A DNA stretch of 43,025 nt from contig NW_021834899.1 of NCBI RefSeq assembly GCF_006345805.1, positions 1-43,025 on the forward strand. Reading direction: 5' to 3'. A program made the translations under genes and the position numbers. The stretch is from Octopus sinensis (taxonomy: Eukaryota). This document shows positions 11,255 through 23,718 of this stretch, piece after piece. A model generated the notes under the pieces. It saw nothing but the letters and a program-made list of their open reading frames with translations. It searched no databases and was not told where the DNA came from. The stretch's first letter is position 1. Every line of letters starts with the position of its first letter.

Positions 11255-13195
11255 CATCGGTCTTATCGAAGACTTCTTTGTCAGCTCAAATCATTGCCTC
11301 CTCATCGGTGATCTAAACTCCAAACACACGGCATTTGGTTGTCGCGTGACCAATCGGGACGGCCGGTTACTTGAAAGAGCGGCAGGTAGGCTAGACGTCT
11401 GTGTCCGCACCTCGAAAGCCCGGAACCACCGCTCCCCATTCGGCTGGGACAACCTTTGCGTAGCACTGAGTTCTCAATCAGTCGCGAATCTTATGGGAGA
11501 ACCAATAGTACTCGACGATATTGGGAGCGACCACCTGCCAATGCAGGTCTGTGTCCACGTCTCGGTAGACACCCAAATCCGTTGCCCACCACGATACACC
11601 CTTTCGAACATCAACTGGGCGCACTACCGTTATGCTCTGAACTTGTTCTTTCGCAACAACGTACGCCCAGGCAGCTATCAATCTACCTCGGACATCGACA
11701 ACTCGGGCGCCGAATTGACGGACTTCATGCGACTCTACTTGGAAGCCCACGCTAGGAGGGTGCGCCCAACTAGCAAGGGCATTACACATCAAAACCCCAA
11801 CTCTCTCCAACTTCTGGGCGAAAAGAAACGCCTGCGAAACAAGCTCAAACGCTGTGCCGACCCAACGGACCAAGGTACCCTAAGGTCGGAAATCTCTCTG
11901 CTCAACCACAAAATTGAACTCACAAGAAAGAAAGATCTTGAGAGGATGTGGAAGAAGGCCTGCTCTGGTCTTAATCACAGGAACCCAAACTTCTGGATAG
12001 CCTCACACAGACTCTCTAATCATCTCGTGAACTCTCCGGCACCAGAACTATCGAACTCAGCTGGAATGCCTGCGTCGGTGGAGGAAATCCCCAACATATT
12101 TGCTGATCACCTGGACCGTCCTCTGCCGGACCATGAGGATCGCTGGGGAAACTCACATGCCAGTCCTATAGACCAAGCAGACTCCCTATCTGTTGACCAT
12201 CACCCAATCACCGCCGCTGAGGTGACCTGGGCCATCCTCTCGGCGAGGGACAACGCACCGGGGCATGACATGCTACCAATGAAAATGTTCAAAGAAGGCC
12301 CTCCGGAACTGTCTGAGTTTTTGGCACGCCTCTTCTCGGCTAGTCTTCGCTGGAGCCACGTTCCAAGTGCCTGGAAAGTCGCCGAAATCCGGATGATCAA
12401 GAAACCTGCAAAACCAGCTAACCTGGCCAGCAGCTACCGACCCATAAGTCTAATACCAACGATCTCGAGGCTTATGGAAAATTATGACCAAACGCCTCGA
12501 CTCCTTCGCAGAGCAGAAAAGCGTGCTTCTGCCCCAGCAGTGGGGTTTCCGCTCAGGGGCAGCTGCGGCGATTGTTTTCTGATTCTCCAATCGATGGCTT
12601 TGAAAGCAATCGAGTTCAACGAAACTTTATCCTGCATCTGCCTTGACATTTCTAAGGCATTCGACAGCGTATCCCACTCTGACCTATTGGACGTGGTCCG
12701 CGGATGTGAGCCAACGAGAGAGGCATTTCTCTGGCTGAACTGCTTTCTTTCAAACCGTATCTCCTTTGTGTCCCAATCGGGCTTCCACTCCAGAGATATT
12801 CATCTCCGAAGGGGTGTCCCGCAGGGATCCAGTCTCAGCCCGCTGCTGTTCAACCTTGTGATGAGCAGCTTTCCTTCCTTTCCCAATCCGCGGACAACTT
12901 TTCTCTTGTATGCAGATGACGTCCTCATTATGGATATTTCAAAAAGCCCTGCACTCTCCGAGCACCGTCTCTCCAGCTACATCGGAATGATAGAGACCTG
13001 GTGTCAGGGTAAACAACTGTCCATTGCTATGGACAAGTCGGCGTACCTTGAAATTAACTCACGGCGCAAACCGAGGCAAGAACCTAAGATTCTCAGAGGA
13101 CTTCCCGCACAAGCCATATTCGCTATCTGGGCTTGACGGTAGACGCTAACTCGGAGTACTTACTGCACGTCACTCAGAAAAGGAAAAAGGCCGAA
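11255..13195 (+). mobile_element. LINE ORF2 (APE endonuclease plus RT), truncated at both ends
   Basis: LIGDLNSKH, IGSDHLP, YRPISL, LDISKAFDSV, GVPQGSSLSPLLF, YADD. High GC relative to the flanks. Confidence 0.93.
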
Positions 13196-13643
13196 TTCCA
13201 GAATGCCTATTCCGGTGAATAGAATCTGCAATAGTTTGCATCTCACTCTCATTATCCATGCAAATTTGTGCTTTTGAAATCTTTCGTCTTTGAGGTATAA
13301 GCAGTCATCAATGACAATAAATTTAGTGGATTTTTTAGTTAATTTATATTTTATTTGTCTTGAAGATGTCTGTACAGGTTGGCCATTTAAAATATTGACT
13401 ATAGTATGATATTCTGAGATATTTTTTACAAAACCTATTATTACATATACAGGGGAATACATTTTAAAGAGGACATGTTGAAAATTGAATAATACGCTAA
13501 AAATATTAAATATGCCCACACGAGTAACGAATGATTAAACCACATTAATTATGACATCTGACAGCCAATGACCTCGTAAAAATGATTGATTGACAGGTGA
13601 CATGTAGCCAGCATGGGATGCGTAACCACCATGGGACGCGACA
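13196..13643 (-). mobile_element. Ginger-like element 5' end
   Basis: TGT terminus at 13643 with flank TATTA on the minus strand. ORF remnant KFIVIDDCLYLKD...IHRNRHSG resembles the start of an integrase zinc-binding domain. Confidence 0.6.
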
Positions 13644-14234
13644 TAATAAAATAGACCTCTAGTCGATTGTTTGACAAAATTTGAACAACTTCAGCAGGTT
13701 CTCCATATGGGGATTCAAATCGGTTTAACCTTAGGGAAGGATTTGTCCCAAAATCCTTTAGAATTCTAACCTAACAATTATTCACTAAAAATACTCCGCT
13801 CCCAATTGAAAAATCGTATTTCTATTGATGAACATTCATTTTTTTATTCATGCGTTTAAAATATGGTGAATTTAAATTAGGTGGAGAAAAATTCAATATA
13901 AAATCACTAGCATCCAAGTTGTCTAGCATATGTTATTCAAAATTTACCTGAAACATCTAAAATATTTTCTACATCCATATCCTCTGATGATACATGATAA
14001 AAATCATCCGAACACTCACTTTCTTTGACATTAAAAAAATTAAAAAAACTTTTATCATCATGAATGACGGTGTTTATACCAGAAACTCCTCTTAGTTTTT
14101 TAAATGGTGTTTCATTTATAGAAGAGACTCTCGGCAGCTCGCTTCGCTCACCGCGACCTAGCTCCTGCGGAGGGCCTGTTCATCAAACAACTATAAGTTT
14201 ATGTAGATGTATAAAACTACCTGGTTTAGTAACC

Positions 14235-14375
14235 TTTCAAATTAACCTCCCCCTATGTAGTCAAAAAAAGTCGAAATTTATTCTGGGATTTTGGCCATTT
14301 TTTCAAATTTTATATTATTTTTGGACGCTGAATTCAAAAATGTTATCAGATATGAAACACACGGAAGAGGAGGGA
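14235..14375 (+). repeat. Third copy of the sequence at ~167-309 and ~18008-18150
   Basis: Near-identical ~120 bp (aacctccccctatgtagtcaaaaaaagtcg...gttatcagatatga) plus a shared acacggaagaggaggga. Confidence 0.9.
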
Positions 14376-14447
14376 GGTCTTGCCTGTGTTGCTATTCCCC
14401 ACAATCAGTATTTTGAACATGTTGTCATACGAGTCTTCTCTTGCCAT
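14361..14447 (-). pseudogene. Rab GTPase (Rab3-like) N-terminal exon fragment
   Basis: MAREDSYDNMFKILIVGNSNTGKTSLLFR contains the P-loop GxxxxGKT in a Rab3-type context. It is too short for the ORF track and no downstream exons are visible. Confidence 0.8.
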
Positions 14448-15289
14448 TCCTGTGTTGTGGGAGTTGATGGTTGTATAGTGGGCCAATTAATTATAATTGA
14501 TTTCTCTAATTAGATTTATCTCATTAATTCACATCATTTGAGATATTCCAGGCAGTCTTGGCAATCTGTCGCCCACAGTAGTGTCCCCGCCCAGTGACAC
14601 ACACTCTGGTCACCCTTATTACTGACAGTACGACAATCAATACTAGCCAATTATAACGACCCTATTCATATCAATGCTCTGTGTCGATATCATTAACACA
14701 TGCATGCTTATTATTAAACACCCTCAGCACTCCCATTCATATGTTTTGCCAATAGAGAGAGACAGTAAAGAAAGAAATGATTTTGTGCATCATTAGAATA
14801 AATAGAACTGACTAACTTAATCCCTGAGAGAATATCCCCTCCCCCATCTCGACCAAGAGGAGTACTGGGGTGCAATCCCCACCAAATCCACGGACTCTCA
14901 CGGTGTCTCCGGCTTTTACAAACAACTCAAATATTTTTTTTCGTCTCAAATCGAAACATAAAAAGTTTGTCCGCACAGGAAACGACGAGTTTACTTAAAG
15001 TTTCATCACAATGGACAACATTCCGCACAAAATCTTATTCCTCGAGGTCCAAATCAAGGACACGGATACACACTGCATCATGGGCATCCCACACAGTTTG
15101 CCATATCCTGCAGTAACAAAGACCGATCATCCCATACACGACACATCTGATTCTTCGTCGGGACATTTACAATGACAGGCATGTCTCTTTCCTCACATTA
15201 GCAACTTGGGTGCCTACCTCAGTGGGACGGCCGAGCAAATATTCCGAAGTGACCGAGAACTCGTCTGGGTACAGGCACCCATCGGCTAA

Positions 15290-15710
15290 GTCTTCTAAGT
15301 GCTCTTCTGACTCTGCCAGCTTTGTTGGGCGAGTTACTGTGGAGTTCGGCGGTCCTCCTCGGTTGATTGTTTTTGACCTCAGGAATACAGCATCGTCACT
15401 AAAAATTATCACTGGGATGAACCAAGTGGTTTCTGTGGTGATTGCTGCGTTTTCGACTGTTTTTTATACTATTTTTGGGGGCATCTACGCGGTCGCCTAC
15501 ACTGATGTGATGCAGTTAATAATCATGATTTTTGATTTTTTCGTCCTCCCCCTGACGATAGCCTACCTGACTCCCCCGGCCGTGAAGTTCTTCGGAATCG
15601 GAGCCCTGGTGGCAGCCACAGTGTCCTCAGTGTCGTCACCCGTGTTGGCCGCGGCGTCCCTCCTGACACAGAAAATATACCTGGACGTATTCCGACATGA
15701 GGTATTGAGG
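15290..15710 (+). pseudogene. SLC5A7: High-affinity choline transporter (SLC5A7-like) fragment with an internal deletion
   Basis: LPALLGELLWSSAVLL|29-nt intron 15362-15390|ASSLKII...YTIFGGIYAVAYTDVMQL is joined directly to VLPLTIAYLTP..KFFGIGALVAATVSS. These two blocks are far apart in the intact protein. Confidence 0.75.
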
Positions 15711-15711
15711 T

Positions 15712-16485
15712 GGCTGACTCGAGATATCGGGAAAGGAGTGATTGTTATTTGGTTGCTTCCCGATGTACTCGTCAGCAGCCGTATGGATACCATTCATAAT
15801 GGACTCCCATGTGTTCTTCGAGGAGAGACCCCGTCCTATACAAGAGATATAGCTCTCCAATGATTTTTGATAGTTTTCCCGAGTGAGGGAGGAGTACAAC
15901 AGTTTTTCCGTGAGATATCTTTCCTTGTAGCAGATGGGAGTCTTTGCGCGTCGAGGGGCGCATGGTGTATGTTGATGTTGAAACATCCAACGACCATTTT
16001 ATGATCACTGTCAACCCGAGATCCTCCATATGATCGGGAGTCGAATAAGGCAGCCTTATCGGCCTGTCGACAAAGAATATAATCGATTTGGTTGTAAATT
16101 GATGTAGTTTCACCGATCCCATTTGTTCTACTTCCAGTCCATGTGGTCCGATGTCGTGCAGCGTGGCAGAAAGCCTTGTTACACAAAAATAGTGAAAAGG
16201 TCTCACAGAGATGAGCCAGAAGAGTGCCCGGAAGGTTCCTGTACCCACGGCCATATCGATAACCCTCATGAATACAAGTAGATAAGTGTTTGTGTGTCAC
16301 AAAGCCTTGGCCATAGAGGGCAGCAGAATAAGGCGATAGTCCCCATAGACTTGGTCATCCCCGAGTTTCACTTTGGTTTCTTGTAGACATCCAACGAGAT
16401 CCTGTATTTCTTCATGTCCTCACATAGTGCATGTTTTTTCCAAGTCGATTTAAGGCCTCTTACATTGAAAGACATAATAGATAGT
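15712..16485 (-). mobile_element. RTE-like LINE endonuclease fragment
   Basis: SFNVRGL, TTWTG...YNQIDYIL, SRSYGG...SDHKMVV. Confidence 0.85.
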
Positions 16486-16937
16486 TCGTATGATTGCTTG
16501 TGTTATATCAGACATTGTGCAATAGAGGGTCACATATATATCATAAACATTATCTTAAAAAATCGATGAACGCTGTTTTGCTTTAATTAAAATATTCATT
16601 AGAATCAAAAATTATGATTATGATAATTTATAATAAAAAATTATCAATCCTAAACTAGATTAAATTTTTGTCTAGTCAGTTCTATTAAAACCGATCATAA
16701 AATTTTTTCTGGGTTATTCAAAGGTACAGGTTATATTTAATTTCATTCCACGCAATTCTTATATCACGTTGACCTGATCGGCGGGGTTATCATACTTAAT
16801 ACAAACGACGTCATTTTTTATTTCAATCGGAATTATAACATGAATGATTACAATAACACATTTTTTGCCTGCAATCCTTATGAAGATTTTTTTTTAATTC
16901 TTTTGACCACCAAAATTTAAGGAGATTTCCAGATAAC

Positions 16938-17670
16938 ATGACATTTCAACCTATGTACCAGATTCCCGACAATGATTTGTTTTTAAACCATTACCAGATG
17001 AATTCATATGATTTCATACAGGATTATCGAATTTTCGATAACCCTTATTCAGATTACAATCAGCCTTTCATCCAATATGAAATTGCTCGTCAGCAAATTC
17101 CTGTGACTTTGTACCAGCCTGATGTCAACGATTTGAGTCTTGCCATTTCCAATAATTACAAGGAAGACAATGTGCCTCATCTATTTACTGAACAGGCAAC
17201 AGTAAATGACGACATGCTTCAAAGAAAGTCTTTGGTAGAATTAGGAAACTATTTCAAGGCTAAAAGAATGAACTTTGGTTACTCACAGTCCGAGATGGCC
17301 ATTATAATGAAGAGAGGCGGGTTCCCCGTGTGTCAAACGACTATATGCAGATTTGAGTTGGGTAAACTCCCAACTACTGCAATGGAAAATCTAAAAGATT
17401 CTTTTTTGATTGTTCTAGAATCTCTGAAGAAAAACCCAATTTCCAAGTCCCAATTGAATTCGCTCCCGAAAGCCAGAAAGAAACGAACATGTTTTGATAA
17501 CAAAACCATAGAATACCTCGAAAATATTTTTTCAGTCATCGTTCAGCCAAACAAAGAAGAATCGGGAAGATTGTAGCAAAAACTGACTTGCCAGAATCTG
17601 TAGTCCGGAAGTGTGGTTTGGAAACAGAAGACAGAAAAAACGTCAAACTTTTTCTTCACATGATCTATGA
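16938..17670 (+). CDS. Divergent intronless POU-domain homeobox gene with two frameshifts in the homeodomain (pseudogene or consensus error)
   Basis: POU-specific box FKAKRMNFGYSQ...CQTTICRFE...L...MENLK, then RKKRTCF...LENIF. After shifts at ~17560 and ~17609 it reads IGKIVAKTDLPESVV and VWFGNRRQKKR, with TGA at 17668-17670. Confidence 0.88.
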
Positions 17671-20391
17671 AATTTTCAATAAATACGAGCTTTTTTATCG
17701 TGTTATTTTCATGTCCTGACATTAAATAGTCAATTTTAAATACATATTCGAACAATTTCCTTTATATTTATTGAAACACGTGTTTATCAAAAAGGCTTTG
17801 ATTTGGAATGGACGAAAGTCCAAAAAAAGGTTGAACAGGCTAATACAATTTACTATCATATTTAAACTTATGTCTGAAAAAATCAGGTCGATTGGATGTA
17901 CACACGTGGGGATCTCGGGGGTGTTTTGTCGGGAAATAAAGACTCATTTTTAGTCAGAAATATGTAAAGTTCAGATCCCGCTTGCAACCAAAAACGCCCA
18001 AAAAGCTTTTCAAATTTAATGTCCCCCTATATAGTCAAAAAAAGTCGAAATTTATTCGGGGATTTTGGCCATTTTTTCAAATTTTATATTATTTTTGGAC
18101 GCTGAATTCAAAAATGTTATCAGATATGAGATTACACGGAAGAGGAGGGAAACCATGGCTTCATACGGTTAATCGTCTCCTGAACTTTCCGTGGCTTCTT
18201 TGTAATCTTGATGTTTTGCTGCAATAATTAGATTGTCAGCGTATGATAAAAGGATTGTATCTTCGTCGTTTGGATTTGGGAGATCTCTTGTAAATAATTG
18301 AACAGGATTGGTTATAAGGAGAATCCTTGTGGGACCCCGTTTGGGAGGTATCGTTGTTTTGATTTTCGGTTATTCATTATACCGACTAACACCGTGCGAC
18401 TAACACCGTGCAAGCACTGTTAAATGCTTTAACAGTAATAAAATAATGGTATATTTTTAAAGTATTTAAATTTGTTAATAAGATCGGGTTATGTCGGATG
18501 TAGATGATGATACACAGACGAACAATCAACTGAATTTTCACATTAAACAAAAACTGGATTTCATAAATATTTCAAATTCTGAATATAAAATGTAATAATA
18601 TTTTAATATTAATTTTGACATGCCGACGACCATTTGAGGTTTGAGTCACACTACAACTCCCTCAATGAATCATCCTTCGACAGCAAAATAGAAATTGCTA
18701 AGAAAGAGTTGGCCGATCAGGAAGAACTATATTCCACGTTGATATTGTCGATAGTATCCCTTCTTTTCAACCGATAGACCAATTTAATAAATGAGAAAGG
18801 CACTGAGCACGAGGGAACAATGTCGTGTTCTGACACAATCCAACTATTTATTTATTGCTATTTCAAGACTCTTCTCGGTCTTTTCAGAATATTTTCCTGC
18901 GTGTCTCTGAACAACTTCGACGTCCCTCCCTCGCCCTGGGTTGCCCAGTTGTTGGTGGATTTGGGTGTGTGCAGAATCGATCAGCCTAATCCAGAACTGC
19001 CGATTTTTAATCTTTACTTTCTACTTGAGGACTTCGAAACCTGTGTTTGCTGGTAATACTAATATTCAGAGACCGACATGACTGTTGAAAATCCTACCAT
19101 AATGATTCATGAGAACTTTTCCTGTGTGTTGACGGATACTTGGATTTTATTGATTATATCTTAACTGAATGATTAAATATTTTATCTTTCAGTTCATGGT
19201 TGTGGCAATTTCACTTTTATAAATTAATTCTAAAACTGACTTACATATAGGGTGATTCGAAAATAATGAATTTACACGACTTTCTGGAATATAAGAAACT
19301 TTGTTATGTGCAGTATAGAAAGGCTCTCCTGAATCATGTCTGCAACAAACTGAAACAAGTGCGGGAGTACGACTGGACGTACATAGTAATGGATAGAATT
19401 GATTGAGGAGAGCGTTACTGCCATCAACAGTTATTTCCAATTTTGTTTGACTAGAGGGAATGCCAGACATGAATTGCAAGACATTATTGTGGTAATTTAT
19501 TGTTACAGTCTAACCTTCGTTTGGAACATTAATTGTTCCAAAACAAAGGTTGTTCCAAAAATCGTATAAAAATTTACCGGTCTGCTTACCTTCTGTGTTT
19601 GTTTGGTTATTTTTACTCATTATTACAATAAACTTAATTGATTGATTGAACTTGCAAAAGCTTTATCCAGTTTTCAATTTCATCAAAGATGATGTTTTTT
19701 ATCATCTTCATTGTCGATTTTTCTTCTCTCACTTCTTATGAACTTTCAGTAACTGCATTATATTCGTCTTTAGCAAACAGTTATCTTTGTTTCTAAGTAT
19801 TTTCTTTGGTTGAATGTGATAGAGAGCGGGTGGATATAATAGGTGTTCTTCATCCACGTTTATTTCATTCAATTGCTTGGTAATAAAACTGGTTTCTTGC
19901 TCACATTCGCTCATCATTTCTTCATCTATAATATATCTGGTAGAAATTTGAGCTCTTTTTCCTCTCCTCAGATAACTCATATGTATATCCTCTCCCTTGA
20001 CCTCAGAAAAGAGGCTTTTCACCTACATTGAGGTAATAAAGGAGTAATGCGCCAGCAAACAGCTCTCGTTAGCAATGGATAAATCCGCTTTCCTACAAAT
20101 CAACTCGAAAAATCATCAGATCAGAGCTCTGGGCCCTAACCGAAATTATGCGCCCCAGTTGCATACGCTACCTGGGGCTTACAATCGACGCTAACTCGGG
20201 CTACCGTCTGCATGTCAAGAAAAAAGAGAGCGAAGCCATTGCGGCTCTCCGCCTCTTAAGAAGCATGCATCTGGATCCTAAGACATTCCTCTTCGTGTTC
20301 CATGCAACCATCCTACCCAGCTTGCTGTACGGAATGGAAGCATGGTACTACTCGAAAATCTCGAGAAAATTTGCGGGAAATGCGAGAAAAT

Positions 20392-21541
20392 GGCTATGCG
20401 ACAACTCGCCTATAGACGAGTTGTCGCCTAACTCGCCTAAATTTATTTGGCGACAACTCGCCTACTTAAAATAAATAAAAAATTATTTTTACCAGATTAA
20501 TCTAATTAATTAAAATTTCAACAATTTTTTTACTTTAATCTTTATTATGACTGACTTTGAACTGCTTAAAAGCCAAGAAATGGCAAACTTTTACTACACC
20601 AGAACTATTTGTATAATACAAATAGAAAAAAAGACGGTCTTACCTATTGGAGGTGCAGAAATCGAGAATGCAGGGCGAGGTGCACGGTGGATGCTCAAAA
20701 CAAGTTGAGCACAAAAAATGCTCATAACCATGGCCCCTTTGAGGATCATGAGATAAAAAGCATGAAACTATTTTCTGACCTGAAAGATGCCGCAAAGGCG
20801 TCAGAAGAAGACAGAACTATGAATGTGGTGTCAAGAAGCCTCATTGGAGCCAATGTTGACGTCATTAAAATATTGCCAAAGGAACGTTCATTGACTCGTC
20901 TCGTTCAACGGGAAAGAGAAACACTGATACCAAATTTTGTTCCGACCATTCCTAAAATTCCTGAAAGTTTGCGATACAGAAAATGCCTACTGTGCATTAT
21001 TTGAAGAAATAAAGACACTTGTTGTTACTTCACCAGCAATTATTTAATTGATTTTGAAAAGGGGTTAATTAACTCCACAAAATCAGTTTTTTCGTCGTCT
21101 AATGTATTTGGCTGCAATTTCCATTTCGGCCAAATGATATGGCGGAAAAAAACATGTCTTGGTCTTGTGGGAGCCTACAAAGACGTTTCATCGTGGGAAC
21201 GAAAATTATTGAGGAAATGCTACCATTTAGCTTTCATCACTGTGGAAAATGTTTTATTGAAATTTGAAAATTTTTTTTGATGCGACAGGAATGGAGTGTC
21301 TGCGATAGACTGCAAAAAGGAACTTGAACTGAGAATAGCATGTGAAAATTTTCATGAATTTGAAGTAGATTGCTATTTTAAGCTAATTGATGGTTGATTT
21401 GCTTTAAAAGTTCAGATAAAAAGTACTGTTTTAAAATTTTATTTTATTTACCCTTAAAATATTTTTCTTCGTAGACGAGTTGTCGCCAAAAATTTAGGCG
21501 AGTTAGGCGACACTCGCCTGTAGACGAGTTGTCGCTCAACG
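20392..21541 (+). mobile_element. Internally deleted Mutator-like element (FLYWCH-MULE)
   Basis: TIRs of ~70 bp built from gcgacaactcgccta units. FLYWCH finger YLY...TYWRC...CRARC...HNH and MULE motif GCNFHFGQMIWRK. Absent from copy A. Confidence 0.88.
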
Positions 21542-21931
21542 TTACAGGCTTGACCCGCGAGGCCCCGTCCCAAGCTGGGCGGAGACCAGATCCTCGGAGA
21601 TACGACAGGTCATTGAGAAATCTATCCGATCTTTCCGGAAAAGAACTCAGGTGACCGACCTGTTTATCGATCGGAAACTCTCTGCACTCGTCAAAAATTA
21701 ATGAACCTACTTTATTAACTCTGGCTTACGACAGATGAATTGGACGCAAGCTCAGAAGAGTTCAGTTGCCTTGGCATCAGTCTCGTCCTATCACCGTCCT
21801 CAATTCCTGTCACTTTCTCTTTCTCTGTTAATTACAATAAACTAAATTCATTCATTCATTCACAATGTTGTTTAACTATATAAAACAAAAATAACTCGTC
21901 TGAATCGGTTCTGTCTGAAATAAAAAAAAAC

Positions 21932-22028
21932 ATGGCCAGAACTGAACAAACTGCTCGAAAATCTACTGGAGCGAAAGTTTCAAGGAAACAATCTTCTCGA
22001 ATCTGCAAAATCTGCTCGCAAGTCTGTT
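21932..22028 (+). pseudogene. H3: Histone H3 N-terminal fragment, copy B
   Basis: Same as 2916-3012. Confidence 0.85.
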
Positions 22029-22588
22029 TCACAATTTGCCATCATTGAGATATCCCCTCTGGTATTTACACTGTTTATAAGCTACTAGGTAGAATTGTGT
22101 TTTAATTAAAATTATCTTAATTTTTAGTTACCCAATTATTAATTGAAAACCTAATAAATTGTGGCACGTGTGAGGATTCTTTTGACATACCTTGTTGTCC
22201 TGTTACATTATTTGGTCAATCTTTATTTTTTATTTAATTGGATTAGAAGGAATATTTTGCGATGTAGTTTCTTTTAATTAATAAATTATCTGAAATTTCA
22301 TCATTTTTAATATTTGCGAGTTTATTCTTTCAATCTGTTTATATCGTTTATTTGAAATCTTCTCATTTATCTTTATTCATTGAATTTTACCTTATTTTTT
22401 GATAGAAAGTTCTATTCTTTATATTCTTATGGCAAACTTTTATTTATTTGTTCCCGGATTTGGCGATCTTGTATTGTAGCGCCCTAAAATCTAAAATGAT
22501 CAATTCTACCAAATTTTAATCATTATTGTTATATTTTTTTCTAGACTTTTTTTGTAAACTGAACACGAATTTAATTATTGTTATATTA

Positions 22589-23696
22589 TGTCACGGTCCA
22601 CGAGTGTGCCTATGCCGTAGGTGTGCCTCCATCGCAATTTTTTCCGTTTTTTTGTAAATCGGTGCATCTATTATCGATTAGTCCTAAATCATTATTTATT
22701 TAGTTTTTTGTTACTTATTGGAAATATTCCAATGTCGGTGATTACAGCAACAATAAAAATACTGAAAGTATCACAATTTAAATATTTATATATTTCCTGA
22801 TTTTATAAAATATGTTTTTAATAACTAATATATATAAAAAATTGAGTAAAAAATTTTTAATTAAAAAAAATCTATAAGGATGGATTGACCCTAACTCTAA
22901 CCCTAAGGGTGCATTAACTCTAAAACCTAATCATTAAAATTACAAAAGAATGTTTTTATAATTTTTTTAATTGTGAAAAATGTTTTTTTACCAAAATCCC
23001 CTCATCATTCTCAACTTCATAGTTGTCGCCATTCTGTTTCACAACTTTATATATAGTCGTATCCACCTGGTCGTAAAGCGGCATCGTTCGATGTGCCGGA
23101 TTTGTGTTAAAATCTCCTCTTATGAGGACAGAATCACCACTTCCTATACACGTTTCATCATCCTTCCATCTCCTTCTTTTTTGCATTTTTCCCCTGCCCT
23201 GATTGTGTTCCTCAATGCACCATGACATGCCTATCAACATGCATTAAAATAAATTACCTGAACTACTTCCACCTTGGGTTCAAACGCAATGAGATTATTT
23301 AAATCATCGCAATTAATTTTTGGAGGATACTGGCAGCCAGTAAAAAGTAAGAATGGAGTTTTTTGTGTTGTCTCGTGGACGGTCGTATTGTATCTGAATA
23401 CGATCCTTCCAAGAAATGGCATATAATCCCAAATGTTCCTTCTGACGCACTTGTTGAAGACAACCATCTTTTAATCGACTGATTAAATCTATTGAATGAA
23501 TACTAAAATTATACCTTTCAACTTGTCCCTGAACCCATGGTCCACGAGGACGCCCAAAAACAGTTTGGTCCCAAACTCCTCACAAAACTTAACCATTTTT
23601 GAGTTTTTAAACTCTTTTCCATTATCTGTATGCAGTATGAGGGGAGGACCATTCGTATAAAAGATTTTCCTGATAAGATTTACAATTAGAGAACGA
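22589..23696 (-). mobile_element. Ginger-like element 3' half, copy B
   Basis: Duplicate of 3576-4690, with the intron at 23489-23514. Confidence 0.8.
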
Positions 23697-23718
23697 AAAT
23701 AATTATCGCAATCTAAAG

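Noticed and set aside
11082-11255. N-terminus of the 684-aa ORF as part of the LINE protein
   Set aside because: AT-rich, begins at a non-ATG codon and lacks endonuclease motifs. Probably chance read-in from flanking DNA.
10613-14160. GC-rich gcgagcg(c/a)agcg motifs at ~10613 and inverted at ~14137 as ends of one element
   Set aside because: The match is short and imperfect, with no TSD or internal coding evidence.
15210-15863. 217-aa ORF as a real membrane protein gene
   Set aside because: It is a chimera of an off-frame region, an unspliced intron, SLC5A7 pieces and antisense RTE sequence.
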